Position numbers and translations under genes: made by a program. Below are positions 17,879-27,286 of a DNA stretch of 43,581 nucleotides, in pieces. Source of the DNA: Acidimicrobiia bacterium (GTDB lineage Bacteria > Actinomycetota > Acidimicrobiia > IMCC26256 > Chersky-534); the NCBI GenBank assembly GCA_017882925.1, contig JADGOM010000067.1:1-43581 (forward strand), given 5' to 3'. The number at the start of each line of letters is the position of its first letter. Position 1 is the first letter of the stretch. The notes beneath the pieces are model-generated. The model had not been told where the DNA came from and did not search any database. It was given only the letters and a program-made list of their open reading frames with translations.

Positions 17879-18661
17879 ATGGTGGAGTACGGGTTCGATC
17901 TCACCGATCAGGTGGCGATCGTCACCGGTGGCGGTACCGGCATCGGCGAGGCGACGGCGAAGCTCTTCGCCAAGTTCGGCGCCCACACCGTGATCGCGAG
18001 CCGCAAGCTCGAGAACCTCGAACGGGTCGCGGGCGAGATCGAGTCGACCACCGACCGCCGGTGCGTGCCGATCCAGTGCGACGTCCGCGAGGAGGCGTCG
18101 GTCGACGCGATGATCGCCCGCGCGGTCGAGGAGCTCGGCCGGATCGACATCCTGATCAACAACTCGGGCGGCGGCTACCTCTTCCCGCTGCTCGATACGC
18201 CCGCGGAGAAGTGGGACAACAACATCGCGCTCAACCTGCGGGGCCCGTTCCTGTGCACCAAGGCCGTCGGCCCGCACATGATCGCCAACGGCGGTGGCCG
18301 CATCGTCAACATCTCGTCCGGCGCCGGCGTCGCCGGGGTGCGCGGGGGCGCGGCCTACAGCGCGGGCAAGGCCGGGCTCCAGATGTTCACGCGGGTGACC
18401 GCGGCGGAGTGGGGCAAGTACAACATCCGCTGCAACGCGGTGGCCGTCGGCCTCGTCGCCAACGAGGGCTCCCGGCGATCGTGGGCCCGCCAGGGGCTCG
18501 ACGAGGACGCGGTCGCGGCGGGCTTCCCGCTCCACCGCGTCGGCTACCCCGACGACATCGCCTGGCCGATCCTCTTCTTCGTGTCGACCGCGTCCGACTA
18601 CGTGAGCGGCGAGACCCTCTTCGTCGCCGGCGGCCCCGTCTTAGGCGGCCTGCCGGAGTGA
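17879..18661 (+). CDS. SDR-family oxidoreductase
   Basis: Starts MVEYGFDLTDQVAIVTGGGTGIGEA. NNSGG, the active site YSAGKAG and NAVAVGLV are present. The ATG at 17879 lies inside track ORF 17828..18661. Confidence 0.85.
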   Translation: MVEYGFDLTDQVAIVTGGGTGIGEATAKLFAKFGAHTVIASRKLENLERVAGEIESTTDRRCVPIQCDVREEASVDAMIARAVEELGRIDILINNSGGGYLFPLLDTPAEKWDNNIALNLRGPFLCTKAVGPHMIANGGGRIVNISSGAGVAGVRGGAAYSAGKAGLQMFTRVTAAEWGKYNIRCNAVAVGLVANEGSRRSWARQGLDEDAVAAGFPLHRVGYPDDIAWPILFFVSTASDYVSGETLFVAGGPVLGGLPE

Positions 18662-18690
18662 CCAGTTGCTGCGCAACGCGTTCGGGCAGG

Positions 18691-20529
18691 TCAAGAGGAA
18701 CCCTCGGCCTCTGACCTCGTCGCGCGGCCCCGGTCCAGGTCCCAGGCGGCGTTGACCAGGCCGATGTGGGTGAAGGCCTGCGGGAAGTTGCCGAGCTGCC
18801 CGCCGGTCGCGGCGTCGATCTCCTCGGCCAGCAGGCCGAGGTCGTTGGCGAAGCCGACCACCTTCTGAAAGAGCGCCTCGGCCCGGTCGCGCTCGCCCAG
18901 GTGCGCGAGGGCGCGCACGAGCCAGAAGGTGCAGATCGTGAACGTGCCCTCGTCGCCGGGGAGCCCGTCGTCGGCGAGGTATCGGTAGACGAGCCCGTGC
19001 TCGTCGGTGAGATCGCGGGCGATGGCTTCGACGGTCGAGCGCAGGCGGGGATCGTCGGGGCCGAGGAAGCCGGTCACGCCCAGCATGAGATTCGACGCGT
19101 CGAGCGCGTCCGACCCGAACGACTGCGTGAACGCGCCCACCCGCTCGTTCCAGCCGTCGCGCTCGATCGCGGTGCGGATCTCGTCGCGGGCCCGGGCCCA
19201 GTCGGCGACGCGGTCCGCGGCGCCCAGCGCGTCGGCGATCTCGATGGCCCGGTCGACGGCCACCCAGCACATCAGCTTCGAGTACACGAAGTGGCGGGGC
19301 TCGGTGCGCAGCTCCCAGATCCCGGCGTCGGGCTGCTGCCAATCGCGCGCGGCGATGTCGGCCGCGCTCACCAGGAACGCCGCGGTCTGCTCGTCGAACG
19401 TGCCCACCTGGTCGACGAGCAACGCGGCCGCCCCGAGGAGCTCGCCGCTGGTGTCGAGCTGCACCTGCTGCCAGGCGCCGTTGCCGATCCGTACCGGCGC
19501 GCTGCCGGCGAAGCCCGCGAGGTGGTCGAGCTCGTGCTCCGGGAGCAACCGCTCGCCGCCGATGCCGTAGAGGATCTGCAGGTGCTCGCGTTCGCCGTCG
19601 GACCGGCCCGCGGCCACGCCCAGGAAGTTGAAGAAGTCGGCCGCCTCGTCCGGGCACGCCGCCACCCACAGCGCCTCGAGGGTGAAGCTCGCGTCGCGCA
19701 CCCAGCAGTAGCGGTAGTCCCAGTTGCGGGTGCCGCCGATCGTCTCCGGCAGCGACGTGGTGGGCGCGGCCACGATCGCCCCGGTGGGCGCGTAGGTGAG
19801 GGCCTGCAGCACGACGCCGCTGAAGCGCACGAGGTCCTGGTACCGGCCCACGTACGACTGGTGCAGCGCCGACCACGACCGCCAACCGGCGATCGTGCGC
19901 TGGAGCAGGTCGTCCATCTCGTCGTGGTCGAGCGCGTCGGGCTGGTCGACGAACGGCGATGCGACCTGCATCACCGTGGAGAGCACGTCACCCTCGGCGA
20001 CCTCCACGACCGCGTGCAGGTCGCCACGCTCCACCGTGATCGCGAGGTCGGACGACACGACCGACGCGTGCGGCCCGCCGCGCGTCGTGTGGCACCCGTG
20101 GTGCATCTCCCAGCTCGGCCGCGTGAGCCCGTACTCACTGCGGACGCGGAGGTCGAGCTCGCACTCGACCGATCCCCGGATGCCCTCGAGCCGGCGCACG
20201 ATCACGTGGGGCGAGCCGTGCCCGATGTGGTGCCCGCGCTCGTCGGGCCCGAACGCCATCGCGTCGGTGAGCTCGACCACGCCCGTCGGGCAGTCGAAGC
20301 GCGTCCGGAGGACCATCGTCGCCGGGAGATACGCGCGGCTCATCGACGCCTCCCCCGTCGGGCCGATCCGCCAGTGACCGGCGGCGGGATCGAGGATCCG
20401 GGCGAACATCGACGGCGAGTCGAAGCGGGGCGTGCAGGCCCAGTCGATGGAACCCTCCCGGCTCACCAGCGCGGACCCCTGGCAGTCGGACAGGAGTCCG
20501 TAGTCGTTGATCGATGCGGGTGGCTTCAC
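18691..20529 (-). CDS. glycoside hydrolase family 15 (glucoamylase/trehalase-like)
   Basis: 612 aa with a GTG start. The N-terminal YGLLSDCQGSALVSREGSIDWACTPRFDSPSMFARILD and the later NWDYRYCWVRDASF are typical of actinobacterial GH15 proteins. Confidence 0.85.
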   Translation of the reverse strand: MKPPASINDYGLLSDCQGSALVSREGSIDWACTPRFDSPSMFARILDPAAGHWRIGPTGEASMSRAYLPATMVLRTRFDCPTGVVELTDAMAFGPDERGHHIGHGSPHVIVRRLEGIRGSVECELDLRVRSEYGLTRPSWEMHHGCHTTRGGPHASVVSSDLAITVERGDLHAVVEVAEGDVLSTVMQVASPFVDQPDALDHDEMDDLLQRTIAGWRSWSALHQSYVGRYQDLVRFSGVVLQALTYAPTGAIVAAPTTSLPETIGGTRNWDYRYCWVRDASFTLEALWVAACPDEAADFFNFLGVAAGRSDGEREHLQILYGIGGERLLPEHELDHLAGFAGSAPVRIGNGAWQQVQLDTSGELLGAAALLVDQVGTFDEQTAAFLVSAADIAARDWQQPDAGIWELRTEPRHFVYSKLMCWVAVDRAIEIADALGAADRVADWARARDEIRTAIERDGWNERVGAFTQSFGSDALDASNLMLGVTGFLGPDDPRLRSTVEAIARDLTDEHGLVYRYLADDGLPGDEGTFTICTFWLVRALAHLGERDRAEALFQKVVGFANDLGLLAEEIDAATGGQLGNFPQAFTHIGLVNAAWDLDRGRATRSEAEGSS

Positions 20530-20548
20530 ACGCGGCTGCCCATGCGGC

Positions 20549-21496
20549 TCAGCTACTCCCGTCGAGCCCCAGCCCCCGCCGGAGGGCCTGCATCTCCTCG
20601 ATCGAGGCCCGGCGGGAGACGGCCGCGGTCTGGATCATGCTCGAGCCGTGGAACGTGCCGGGGAACGAGTGCAGCTCCACGTGCACGCCGGCCTCGAGGA
20701 GCCGCAGCGCGTACTGGATCCCCTCGTCGCGCAGCGGGTCGTACTCGTTGGTGGAGATGTAGGCCGGCGGCAGGCCGCGTAGGTCGGACGCCCGCGCCGG
20801 CGCGGCGTAGGGCGAGACGTCGGTGCGGTCGTCGCCGAGGTAGTGCTGCCAGCTGATCTCCGCGCTCGGCCGATTCCAGAGCGGCGTGTCGACGAAGTCG
20901 CGCATGCTCGTCGTCTCGAGCCGGTCGTCGAACACCGGCATCCCGAGGCACTGGAAGCACAACCGCGGGCCACCGCGGTCGCGGGTGAGCAACGCGAGCG
21001 CGCCCCCGAGGCCCCCGCCGGCCGAGCGGCCCAGCACCGCGATCCGATCGGGATCGACGCCGAGCTCGCCCGCGTGGTCGTGCATCCACACCAGCGCGGC
21101 GTAGCAGTCTTCGATGCCCGCGGGGAACGGCGCTTCGGGCGCGAGCCGGTACTCGACCGAGACCACCGGCACGTCGAGCGCGCTGGCGACCGCGACCGCG
21201 GCGCCGTGCTCGACGTCGACCGTGCCCATCACGAAGCCGCCGCCGTGGAGGTAGATGACACCCGGCTGCGGCCCCGCCGCATCACGGGGCCGGAACACGC
21301 GCACCGCGACCTCGGGCGCACCCGGAGGACCGGGCACGAACCGGTCTTCGATCGTGAGCCCCGACTCGTCGACCGCGCGTGGGTTGGCCGCGACCATCTC
21401 CGCGAGGCCCCGGCGGGCCGCCTCGATGTCGGAGAGATCGTTGCGCGGCAGCAGCGGGACGGTCGACGCCAGGTCCGGGTCGTACTCGCGGTCCAT
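20549..21496 (-). CDS. alpha/beta hydrolase, hormone-sensitive-lipase-type esterase
   Basis: The oxyanion motif is HGGGF (IYLHGGGFVMG) and the nucleophile elbow is GRSAGG. DPLRDEG and a C-terminal His region follow. Start chosen at the ATG at 21496 (MDREYD), preceded by AGAGGAG. Track ORF start 21529 remains possible. Confidence 0.8.
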   Translation of the reverse strand: MDREYDPDLASTVPLLPRNDLSDIEAARRGLAEMVAANPRAVDESGLTIEDRFVPGPPGAPEVAVRVFRPRDAAGPQPGVIYLHGGGFVMGTVDVEHGAAVAVASALDVPVVSVEYRLAPEAPFPAGIEDCYAALVWMHDHAGELGVDPDRIAVLGRSAGGGLGGALALLTRDRGGPRLCFQCLGMPVFDDRLETTSMRDFVDTPLWNRPSAEISWQHYLGDDRTDVSPYAAPARASDLRGLPPAYISTNEYDPLRDEGIQYALRLLEAGVHVELHSFPGTFHGSSMIQTAAVSRRASIEEMQALRRGLGLDGSS

Positions 21497-21575
21497 GATC
21501 GGGCTCCTCTCGCACGTCGGCGTCGGCATCCTTCCGCATCGGACCCGCGCGTGCGAGTCGCCGGCGACCGGTCGC

Positions 21576-22655
21576 TCAGAACGAGATGACGGTGCGGATG
21601 ACCTCGCCCCCGACCATCGCGTCGAAGGCCTCGTTGATGTCGTCGATGCCCGAGCGGCGGCTGATCATGCCCTCGAGGTCGAGTTGCCCCGCGCGCCAGA
21701 GCCGCAGGAGCCGGTGGAAGTCGGAGCGCACGTCGGACGAGCCGTAGTAGCTCCCGACAAGGGTCTTCTCGTTGAAGAAGATCTCCAGCGCGCTGAGCTC
21801 GAAGTGGTCGTCGGGGCTCCCCGCGCCGACCACGCACGCGGTGCCGCCCCGGTGGACGGCGTCCCACGCGGCCCGCATCGTCTTCGCCAGCCCGATGACC
21901 TCGATCGCGTAGTCGAAGCCGTCGCCGGTGAGCTCGGCCTTGAGCGCGTCGAGGTCTTCGGGCGCGCACGCGGCGGTCGCGCCGAACTGGAGCGCGAGCT
22001 CCCGCTTCCGCTCGAAGAGATCGACGGCGACGATGGTCGACGCGCCCGCGATGCGCGCGCCCTGGATGGCGGAGATGCCCACTCCTCCGCAGCCGAAGAC
22101 CACGACCGAAGAACCCGGGGCGACCTTCGCGCTGTTGATCGCGGCGCCCACGCCCGTGGTGACCCCGCAGCCGACGAGTGACGCGACCTCGAACGGGATG
22201 TCGTCGTCGATGACGATCGCCGAGTCCTGGCGCACCGTCGTGAAGTTGCTGAAGCTGCCCACACCGTTCATGCCGTGGACGGGCACGCCGTCGAGCCGGA
22301 ACCGGGGCCGCATGCCCCCGTCGCGGTACATCGTGTTGCAGAGCTGCGGGGTCTTGCGGGCCGTGCAGTTGACGCACCAGCCGCAGGGCGAGGCCCACGC
22401 GACGATCACGTGGTCACCGACCTTCACCCGGTCGACGGCCGCGCCCACCTCCACCACCACGCCGGATCCCTCGTGCCCGAGCACCGCGGGCACCGGGTGG
22501 TCGAACGTGCCGTTGAGGATCGACAGGTCGGAGTGGCACACGCCGGTGGCCATGATCTGCACGACGACCTCGGTCGGCTCGGGATCGACGGTCTCGAGGT
22601 TGTCGACCACGTCGAGCCGGCGGTCGCCGGAATTGCGGAGCACTGCAGCGCGCAC
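21576..22655 (-). CDS. zinc-dependent alcohol dehydrogenase (MDR, class III-like)
   Basis: 359 aa with a GTG start and a GGAGGA RBS. It has GVCHSDL, GHEGSGVV, the structural-Zn cysteines CGWCVNCTARKTPQLC, and a GxGxxG region VVFGCGGVG. Confidence 0.85.
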   Translation of the reverse strand: MRAAVLRNSGDRRLDVVDNLETVDPEPTEVVVQIMATGVCHSDLSILNGTFDHPVPAVLGHEGSGVVVEVGAAVDRVKVGDHVIVAWASPCGWCVNCTARKTPQLCNTMYRDGGMRPRFRLDGVPVHGMNGVGSFSNFTTVRQDSAIVIDDDIPFEVASLVGCGVTTGVGAAINSAKVAPGSSVVVFGCGGVGISAIQGARIAGASTIVAVDLFERKRELALQFGATAACAPEDLDALKAELTGDGFDYAIEVIGLAKTMRAAWDAVHRGGTACVVGAGSPDDHFELSALEIFFNEKTLVGSYYGSSDVRSDFHRLLRLWRAGQLDLEGMISRRSGIDDINEAFDAMVGGEVIRTVISF

Positions 22656-22690
22656 GGATCCTCCAGGGCTGGGTCAGGACGAGGGGTGGG

Positions 22691-23512
22691 TCAGGACGGG
22701 GGCCGGGTGGCCATGGCGGCGCGGATCTCGTCGATCCACGCGTCGATCATCGGGTCGACCTCGGGCGAGGGCAGCACGAGGAACCGGTTGTCGCGCACCG
22801 CGTCGACCGCGGCCGCGGCCACCTCGGCCGGGCGCCGCGGGCTCGTCTCGACGGCTTCGCGGTACCGGGCGGCCACGTTGGCGTCGGTGTGCGACACCCC
22901 GGCCAGCTCGGCCGGGCGGTTGCGCTCGCTCTCGTGGATCCGGGTGCGCACGTTGGCCGGGCACAGCAGGGAGACGCCCACTCCCGACGCGGCCAGCTCC
23001 CGGCGGGCCGCACCGGCCAGCCCCACCAGCGCGTGCTTGGTGGCGCTGTAAGCGCCGAGCGCGGGCGTGGGGATCAGCCCGGCGGTCGAGGCGGTGATCA
23101 CGAGGTGGCCGCGGCCGCGCTCGACCAGGCCGGGGCCGAAGGCGCGCAGCCCGTGGACCACCCCGAGGACGTTGACCTCGAACAGCCACCGCCAGGTGGC
23201 CTCGCTGGTGTCGATCACCCGCCCGCTCGGCGACACGCCCGCGTTGAGGCAGACGACGTCGGCGGGGCCGAGCTCCCGCTCGGTCTCCTGGCGCAGGCGC
23301 TCCGACGCGGCCGCGAACCGCACGTCGGTCTCGACGCCCAGCACCGGCGCGTCGTCGGCCCGCAGCTCGGCGACCGTGGCCCGGAGCGCGTCGGCATCGA
23401 CGTCGGCCAGCGCGACCTTGCAGCCGGCGCGGAGCAGCTCGTCGACCAGCGCGCGGCCGATCCCGCCCGCGGCACCGGTGACGACCGCGACCCGCCCGTC
23501 GAGATCGGTCAC
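22691..23512 (-). CDS. SDR-family oxidoreductase
   Basis: VTDLDGRVAVVTGAAGGIGRAL (TGxxxGxG), NAGV, and the active site YSATKHAL. This is the 3' 273 codons of track ORF 22691..24100. The GTG start at 23512 lies 13 nt after the upstream stop. Confidence 0.8.
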   Translation of the reverse strand: MTDLDGRVAVVTGAAGGIGRALVDELLRAGCKVALADVDADALRATVAELRADDAPVLGVETDVRFAAASERLRQETERELGPADVVCLNAGVSPSGRVIDTSEATWRWLFEVNVLGVVHGLRAFGPGLVERGRGHLVITASTAGLIPTPALGAYSATKHALVGLAGAARRELAASGVGVSLLCPANVRTRIHESERNRPAELAGVSHTDANVAARYREAVETSPRRPAEVAAAAVDAVRDNRFLVLPSPEVDPMIDAWIDEIRAAMATRPPS

Positions 23513-23525
23513 CAACGCGCGTCGG

Positions 23526-25235
23526 TCACTGATCGGCGGGGATGGGAACGGTCGCGGTGTCGCGACCCGAGCGCAGCACGGTGCCCGGGCGCTCGCCGGT
23601 GTACTCCTGCCCCCGCACGATCTCCACGCCGTTGACGAAGAGGTGGTCGAGCCCGGTGGCCCCGCCCACCAGCCGTTCGCCGCCGGCCGGCAGGTCCGTC
23701 GCCGTGCGCACCGGTTCGGGCCCGAACGTCTCGGGATCGAACACCACGAGATCCGCGTGCCACCCGAGCTGCACGCGACCGCGCTGCCGGAGCCCGTACA
23801 TCCGGGCGGGGACGTCGGTGACCAGGCGTACCGCCTCCTCGAGCTCGATGAGCTCACGCTCGCGCACCGACGGTCCGACCAACGAGGAGATGCAGTTGAA
23901 CGTCCAGATGGTGTCGAGGTGCGCGCCGGCGTCGGAACCCCCGATGACGACGCGCGGATCGCGCCACAGCTTCGCGCGCAGCGCCCAGTTCTCCGCGTTG
24001 TCGTCGATCGGGAGCGGAACGAGGCCGGTGTGCAGCTCGTCGGCGACGACCACGTCGCACAGCGCGTCGAACACACCGATCCCACGCTCCCGTGCGACAT
24101 CGCCCGCGGTGCGGCCCTCCCACCGCCGGTTCTCGGGCGCCACGACCTGCGCGAACGTCGTCTCCGGCCAGTTGGCCCACCATGGCGCGTCGGCGCTGGC
24201 CTGCTCGAGCATTCCCCGGATGGCCGGGTCGCGCAGAGCCCGGATCTTGGCCTCCGGAGCCAGGGCCATCGTCTCGGCCCAGCCGGGGAGCATGTCGTAG
24301 ACGAACCCGGTCGCGAACGAGAGCCGCATCGCCTGCGGGTCGGGCATCGTGAGCGGGATCACGCGCGCGCCGTGGTTGGCCGCGTGGTCCGACGCGCCGA
24401 GCTTGTTGCGGATCTTCTTCTCGCCGCCGAGCACGCCGAGCAGGTTCCAGTTGACCGACCGCCGGCCCGCGAGCGACATCGCGGTGAGGAGCTCGATCAC
24501 CTCGGCGTCGAAGTAGAGCTGCGCGCTGGGGACGATCTCGAGGATCGTGCCCTCGTGGTCGCGCACCGTGGCGCAGAGCTCGAGCAGCTCGGCCGGCGCC
24601 GCGTGGCGCGACGGCACCGGGTCGCCGTGGTGGTCGCGGTGCGACTCGGCCCGCGAGCTCGAGAACCCGAGCGCGCCGGCGTCGAGGCTCGCGTGCGCGA
24701 TCCGCGCCATCGCCGCGACCTGGTCGGGCGACGCGAGCTCCCCGACCGCAGCCTCGCCCATGACCAGCCGCCGGATCGTCGAGTGCCCCACGAGGAAGCC
24801 GGCGTTGACGGCCACCGCGCCCTCGAGGCCGTCGAGCCACTCCCCGAAGGTCGACCACCCGAAGCGGACCCCGGCCTGGAGGCTCGCGACCGGCATCCCC
24901 TCGACCCGGGCCAGCATCCGGGTGACGTAGTCGGTGGTCTCGGGGACGACCGGCGCGATCGTGAACCCGCAGTTGCCGCCCACGATCGTGCTCACGCCAT
25001 GCAGGGGCGACGGGCTCACGCCCGCGTCCCACTGGATCTGCGCGTCGTAGTGCGTGTGCGGGTCGATGAAGCCGGGCGCGACGATCCGGCCGTCGGCGTC
25101 GACCGTGCGGCGTGCGGGCTCGTCCACCGTGCCGAGCGCGACGATCCGGCCGTCGCGCACGCCGACGTCGGCCCGGCGTCGGGGCGCGCCGGTGCCGTCG
25201 ACGAGCTCCGCGCCGGTGATCAGGAGGTCAAGCAC
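23526..25235 (-). CDS. N-acyl-D-amino-acid deacylase (D-aminoacylase)-family amidohydrolase, copy 1
   Basis: 569 aa with a GTG start. Motifs: MLDLLITGAELVDGTG, GFIDPHTHYD (HxH), and GNCG (the Cys ligand position of D-aminoacylases). A C-terminal composite beta-domain is present. Confidence 0.85.
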   Translation of the reverse strand: MLDLLITGAELVDGTGAPRRRADVGVRDGRIVALGTVDEPARRTVDADGRIVAPGFIDPHTHYDAQIQWDAGVSPSPLHGVSTIVGGNCGFTIAPVVPETTDYVTRMLARVEGMPVASLQAGVRFGWSTFGEWLDGLEGAVAVNAGFLVGHSTIRRLVMGEAAVGELASPDQVAAMARIAHASLDAGALGFSSSRAESHRDHHGDPVPSRHAAPAELLELCATVRDHEGTILEIVPSAQLYFDAEVIELLTAMSLAGRRSVNWNLLGVLGGEKKIRNKLGASDHAANHGARVIPLTMPDPQAMRLSFATGFVYDMLPGWAETMALAPEAKIRALRDPAIRGMLEQASADAPWWANWPETTFAQVVAPENRRWEGRTAGDVARERGIGVFDALCDVVVADELHTGLVPLPIDDNAENWALRAKLWRDPRVVIGGSDAGAHLDTIWTFNCISSLVGPSVRERELIELEEAVRLVTDVPARMYGLRQRGRVQLGWHADLVVFDPETFGPEPVRTATDLPAGGERLVGGATGLDHLFVNGVEIVRGQEYTGERPGTVLRSGRDTATVPIPADQ

Positions 25236-25283
25236 GGGCCCCTCGGAAACGGGTCGGTCGGGGACTGCTCGGTCGAGGGCTGC

Positions 25284-26024
25284 TCAGTCGAGGACGCCGG
25301 GGTCACGCCGGATGACCCGGCGGGCCATGGCCTCGAAGTGGCCGTTGAACGCCGTGGGGTGCGCGTCGATCATCGTGCGGAGGTTGTCGACCACCGCGCG
25401 GTCCAGCGGGACCCCGGTGCCGAGCGCCTCGACGTGCCACGCCTGACGGCAGCGCCACTCGAGCACCATCGAGCGCATGTAGGCCTCGGTGATGGTGCTC
25501 CCGAGCACCAGCACGCCGTGGTTGCCGAGCAGGGCGACGTCGGCGTCACCGAGCGCGTCGACGACGTCGGACGCGTTCGACACCTTGTTGACCGCACCCT
25601 CGTAGGTGGTGTGCACCGCGAGCTCGCCGGCCCACATCGCGCTGGTCTGGTCGTAGATGCCGGGCGCGCGGTGCGCGTCGGCCCAGATCGTGCCCCAGCG
25701 CGGGTGGTTGTGGACCACGACGCCGGCATTTCGCTTCTGGTGCAGCACGATGTGCAGCATCACGGCCTTCGAGATCTCCCAATGGCCCTCGAGCTGGTTG
25801 CCCTCGGCGTCCATGCGGCAGATGTCGCTCGCGGTCAGCTCGTCCCACGTGAGGCACCACGGGTTCACGAGGAACGTGCCGTCGGGCTGCTTGTAGGTGA
25901 TGTGGCCGCTCAGGTGGTCGTCGTAGCCCTCGTTGAAGAGGACGCGGGCGAGCAACGCGAGCTCCGCCTGCGGGCTCACGTCGAGCACCGGGTACTTGGC
26001 GAGGGCCGGCTCGGTCTTGGTCAT
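25284..26024 (-). CDS. class II aldolase/adducin-family protein
   Basis: Starts MTKTEPALAKYP. HLSGHITYK, VVHNHP and LGNHGVLVLG are typical of class II aldolase/decarboxylase folds. The ATG overlaps the upstream stop (ATGA, 26021-26024). Confidence 0.8.
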   Translation of the reverse strand: MTKTEPALAKYPVLDVSPQAELALLARVLFNEGYDDHLSGHITYKQPDGTFLVNPWCLTWDELTASDICRMDAEGNQLEGHWEISKAVMLHIVLHQKRNAGVVVHNHPRWGTIWADAHRAPGIYDQTSAMWAGELAVHTTYEGAVNKVSNASDVVDALGDADVALLGNHGVLVLGSTITEAYMRSMVLEWRCRQAWHVEALGTGVPLDRAVVDNLRTMIDAHPTAFNGHFEAMARRVIRRDPGVLD

Positions 26025-27205
26025 ACGTCGCTCCCTACTCGATCGCACGCCGGGACGAAGTCGAAGACCCGGCGGGCATTCCCCTGCATGAGCTTGTAGC
26101 GCGTCTCGGCGTCGAGGCCGGCGAGGAGACGTTCGGCGTTGGCCATCGAGTTCGGGAAGGTCCCGTCCCCGTGGGGGTAGTCGGACTCCATCATCACGTT
26201 GTCGACCCCGACGGCATCGAGGTTCTTGATCCCGAACTCGTCGTTGATCACGCAGCCGTAGATGTGGTCGCGGAAGAGCTCCATCGGCGTGGCCTCGGGC
26301 CCGAGGTCGTCCTGCTGGTGCAGGTCGTAGTCGAACGCGTCGTACTTCCGGGCCCAGGGCATGTGCTCGATGCTGTACTTCGCCCGCTCCAGGATGAACG
26401 GGATCCAGCCGATCCCGCCCTCCGAGAGGCAGATCTTGAGCTTCGGGAACTGGTGCAGCTTGTGCGAGAAGAGCCAGTCGGCGGTGGCGTACGCGAGGTT
26501 GAGCGGCGACAGCAGCGCCGACACGTAGATCGGCGCGTCCGGCGAGGTGGTGGGCACCATCGACGACGACCCGAAGTGGATGCAGATCGGCATCCCGGTC
26601 TCGTTGACCGCTTCGAGGAACGGGTCCCAGAAACCGTCGGCATCGTGCAGCGACGGCAGGCCGAGCTTGGCCGGGTTCTCCGAGAAGCTCACGGCCTTCG
26701 CGCCCATCGCCGCGGCCCGGCGGACCTCGGCCCCCGCGGCCACCGGGTCCCAGAGCGGGATGATGACGAGCGGGATGAACCGGCCCGGCGCGGCGCCGGC
26801 CCAGTCCTCGACCATCCAGTCGTTGTAGGCCTTCACGCACGTGAGCGCGAGGTCTCGGTCCTTGGCCTCGAGGAACGTCTGGCCGCAATACCGCGGGATC
26901 GTGGGGAAGCAGAGCGACGCGAGGATGCCGTCGGCGTCCATGTCGACGGTGCGGGCGGCGGCGTCGTAGTAGCCGGCGCGCATGTCGGTGTAGGTCATGA
27001 GCCCGGGCACGATGTCGGCCTCGTCCCGGCCGGCTTGGGCAAACAGCGCGGGCATGGGTATCCGCACGTCCTCGTAGTGCCAGATCGAGGCGCCGTCCTC
27101 CTCGACCACGTGGGGCACGCGCGCTCGGTCGGCGCGGGGGACGCGGTCGACCCAGAGGCCGGGGGGTTCGATCACGTGGTCGTCGACCGAGATCAGCCCG
27201 TCCAT
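26021..27205 (-). CDS. amidohydrolase-2 family (ACMSD/LigW/LigY-like TIM barrel) protein
   Basis: Begins MDGLISVDDHVIEP, with ICIHFGSS and ESDYPHGDG. Start chosen at the ATG at 27205 because GGGGGGA lies 8 nt upstream. The alternative start at 27226 adds 7 aa. Confidence 0.8.
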   Translation of the reverse strand: MDGLISVDDHVIEPPGLWVDRVPRADRARVPHVVEEDGASIWHYEDVRIPMPALFAQAGRDEADIVPGLMTYTDMRAGYYDAAARTVDMDADGILASLCFPTIPRYCGQTFLEAKDRDLALTCVKAYNDWMVEDWAGAAPGRFIPLVIIPLWDPVAAGAEVRRAAAMGAKAVSFSENPAKLGLPSLHDADGFWDPFLEAVNETGMPICIHFGSSSMVPTTSPDAPIYVSALLSPLNLAYATADWLFSHKLHQFPKLKICLSEGGIGWIPFILERAKYSIEHMPWARKYDAFDYDLHQQDDLGPEATPMELFRDHIYGCVINDEFGIKNLDAVGVDNVMMESDYPHGDGTFPNSMANAERLLAGLDAETRYKLMQGNARRVFDFVPACDRVGSDV

Positions 27206-27239
27206 TTCGTGGGTCCCCCCCATCATTTGCGATCATTGC

Positions 27240-27268
27240 AACGTAACGACCCGGCGGGGACGCGTCAA
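27240..27268 (-). promoter_or_regulatory. candidate sigma-70-type promoter TTGACG-N17-TACGTT
   Basis: On the minus strand the -35 TTGACG is at 27268-27263 and the -10 TACGTT (TAnnnT) is at 27245-27240, with a 17-nt spacer. It lies directly downstream of the 27287-27335 hairpin and about 35 nt upstream of the amidohydrolase-2 start. Sequence-only prediction. Confidence 0.35.
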
Positions 27269-27286
27269 CGACGCCCGGGCCGGAGT

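Noticed and set aside
17889-17900. tRNA T-arm-like string gggttcgatctc.
   Set aside because: It lies inside the well-supported SDR coding sequence (MVEYGFDLTDQ). No acceptor or anticodon arms can be built around it.
21557-21575. Two overlapping perfect 12-bp palindromes (GTCGCCGGCGAC and GCGACCGGTCGC) just after the Zn-ADH stop, plus the CTCGCACG/CGTGCGAG inverted repeat at 21509-21555.
   Set aside because: As RNA they give only 4-bp stems. GC-rich palindromes of this size are frequent in such DNA. They may be a weak terminator or operator in the 79-bp gap but the evidence is insufficient to call one.
23067-26099. 1010-aa plus-strand ORF. Similar very long ORFs occur at 32750..35266 (+), 11298..14081 (+), 7578..9182 (-), 18766..20856 (+) and 16415..18535 (upstream part).
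   Set aside because: They lie antisense to, or out of frame with, genes that have clear family motifs. Their translations are Arg/Gly/Ala/Pro/Asp-rich low-complexity strings with no recognisable motifs. Long stop-free antisense frames are expected in very GC-rich DNA.
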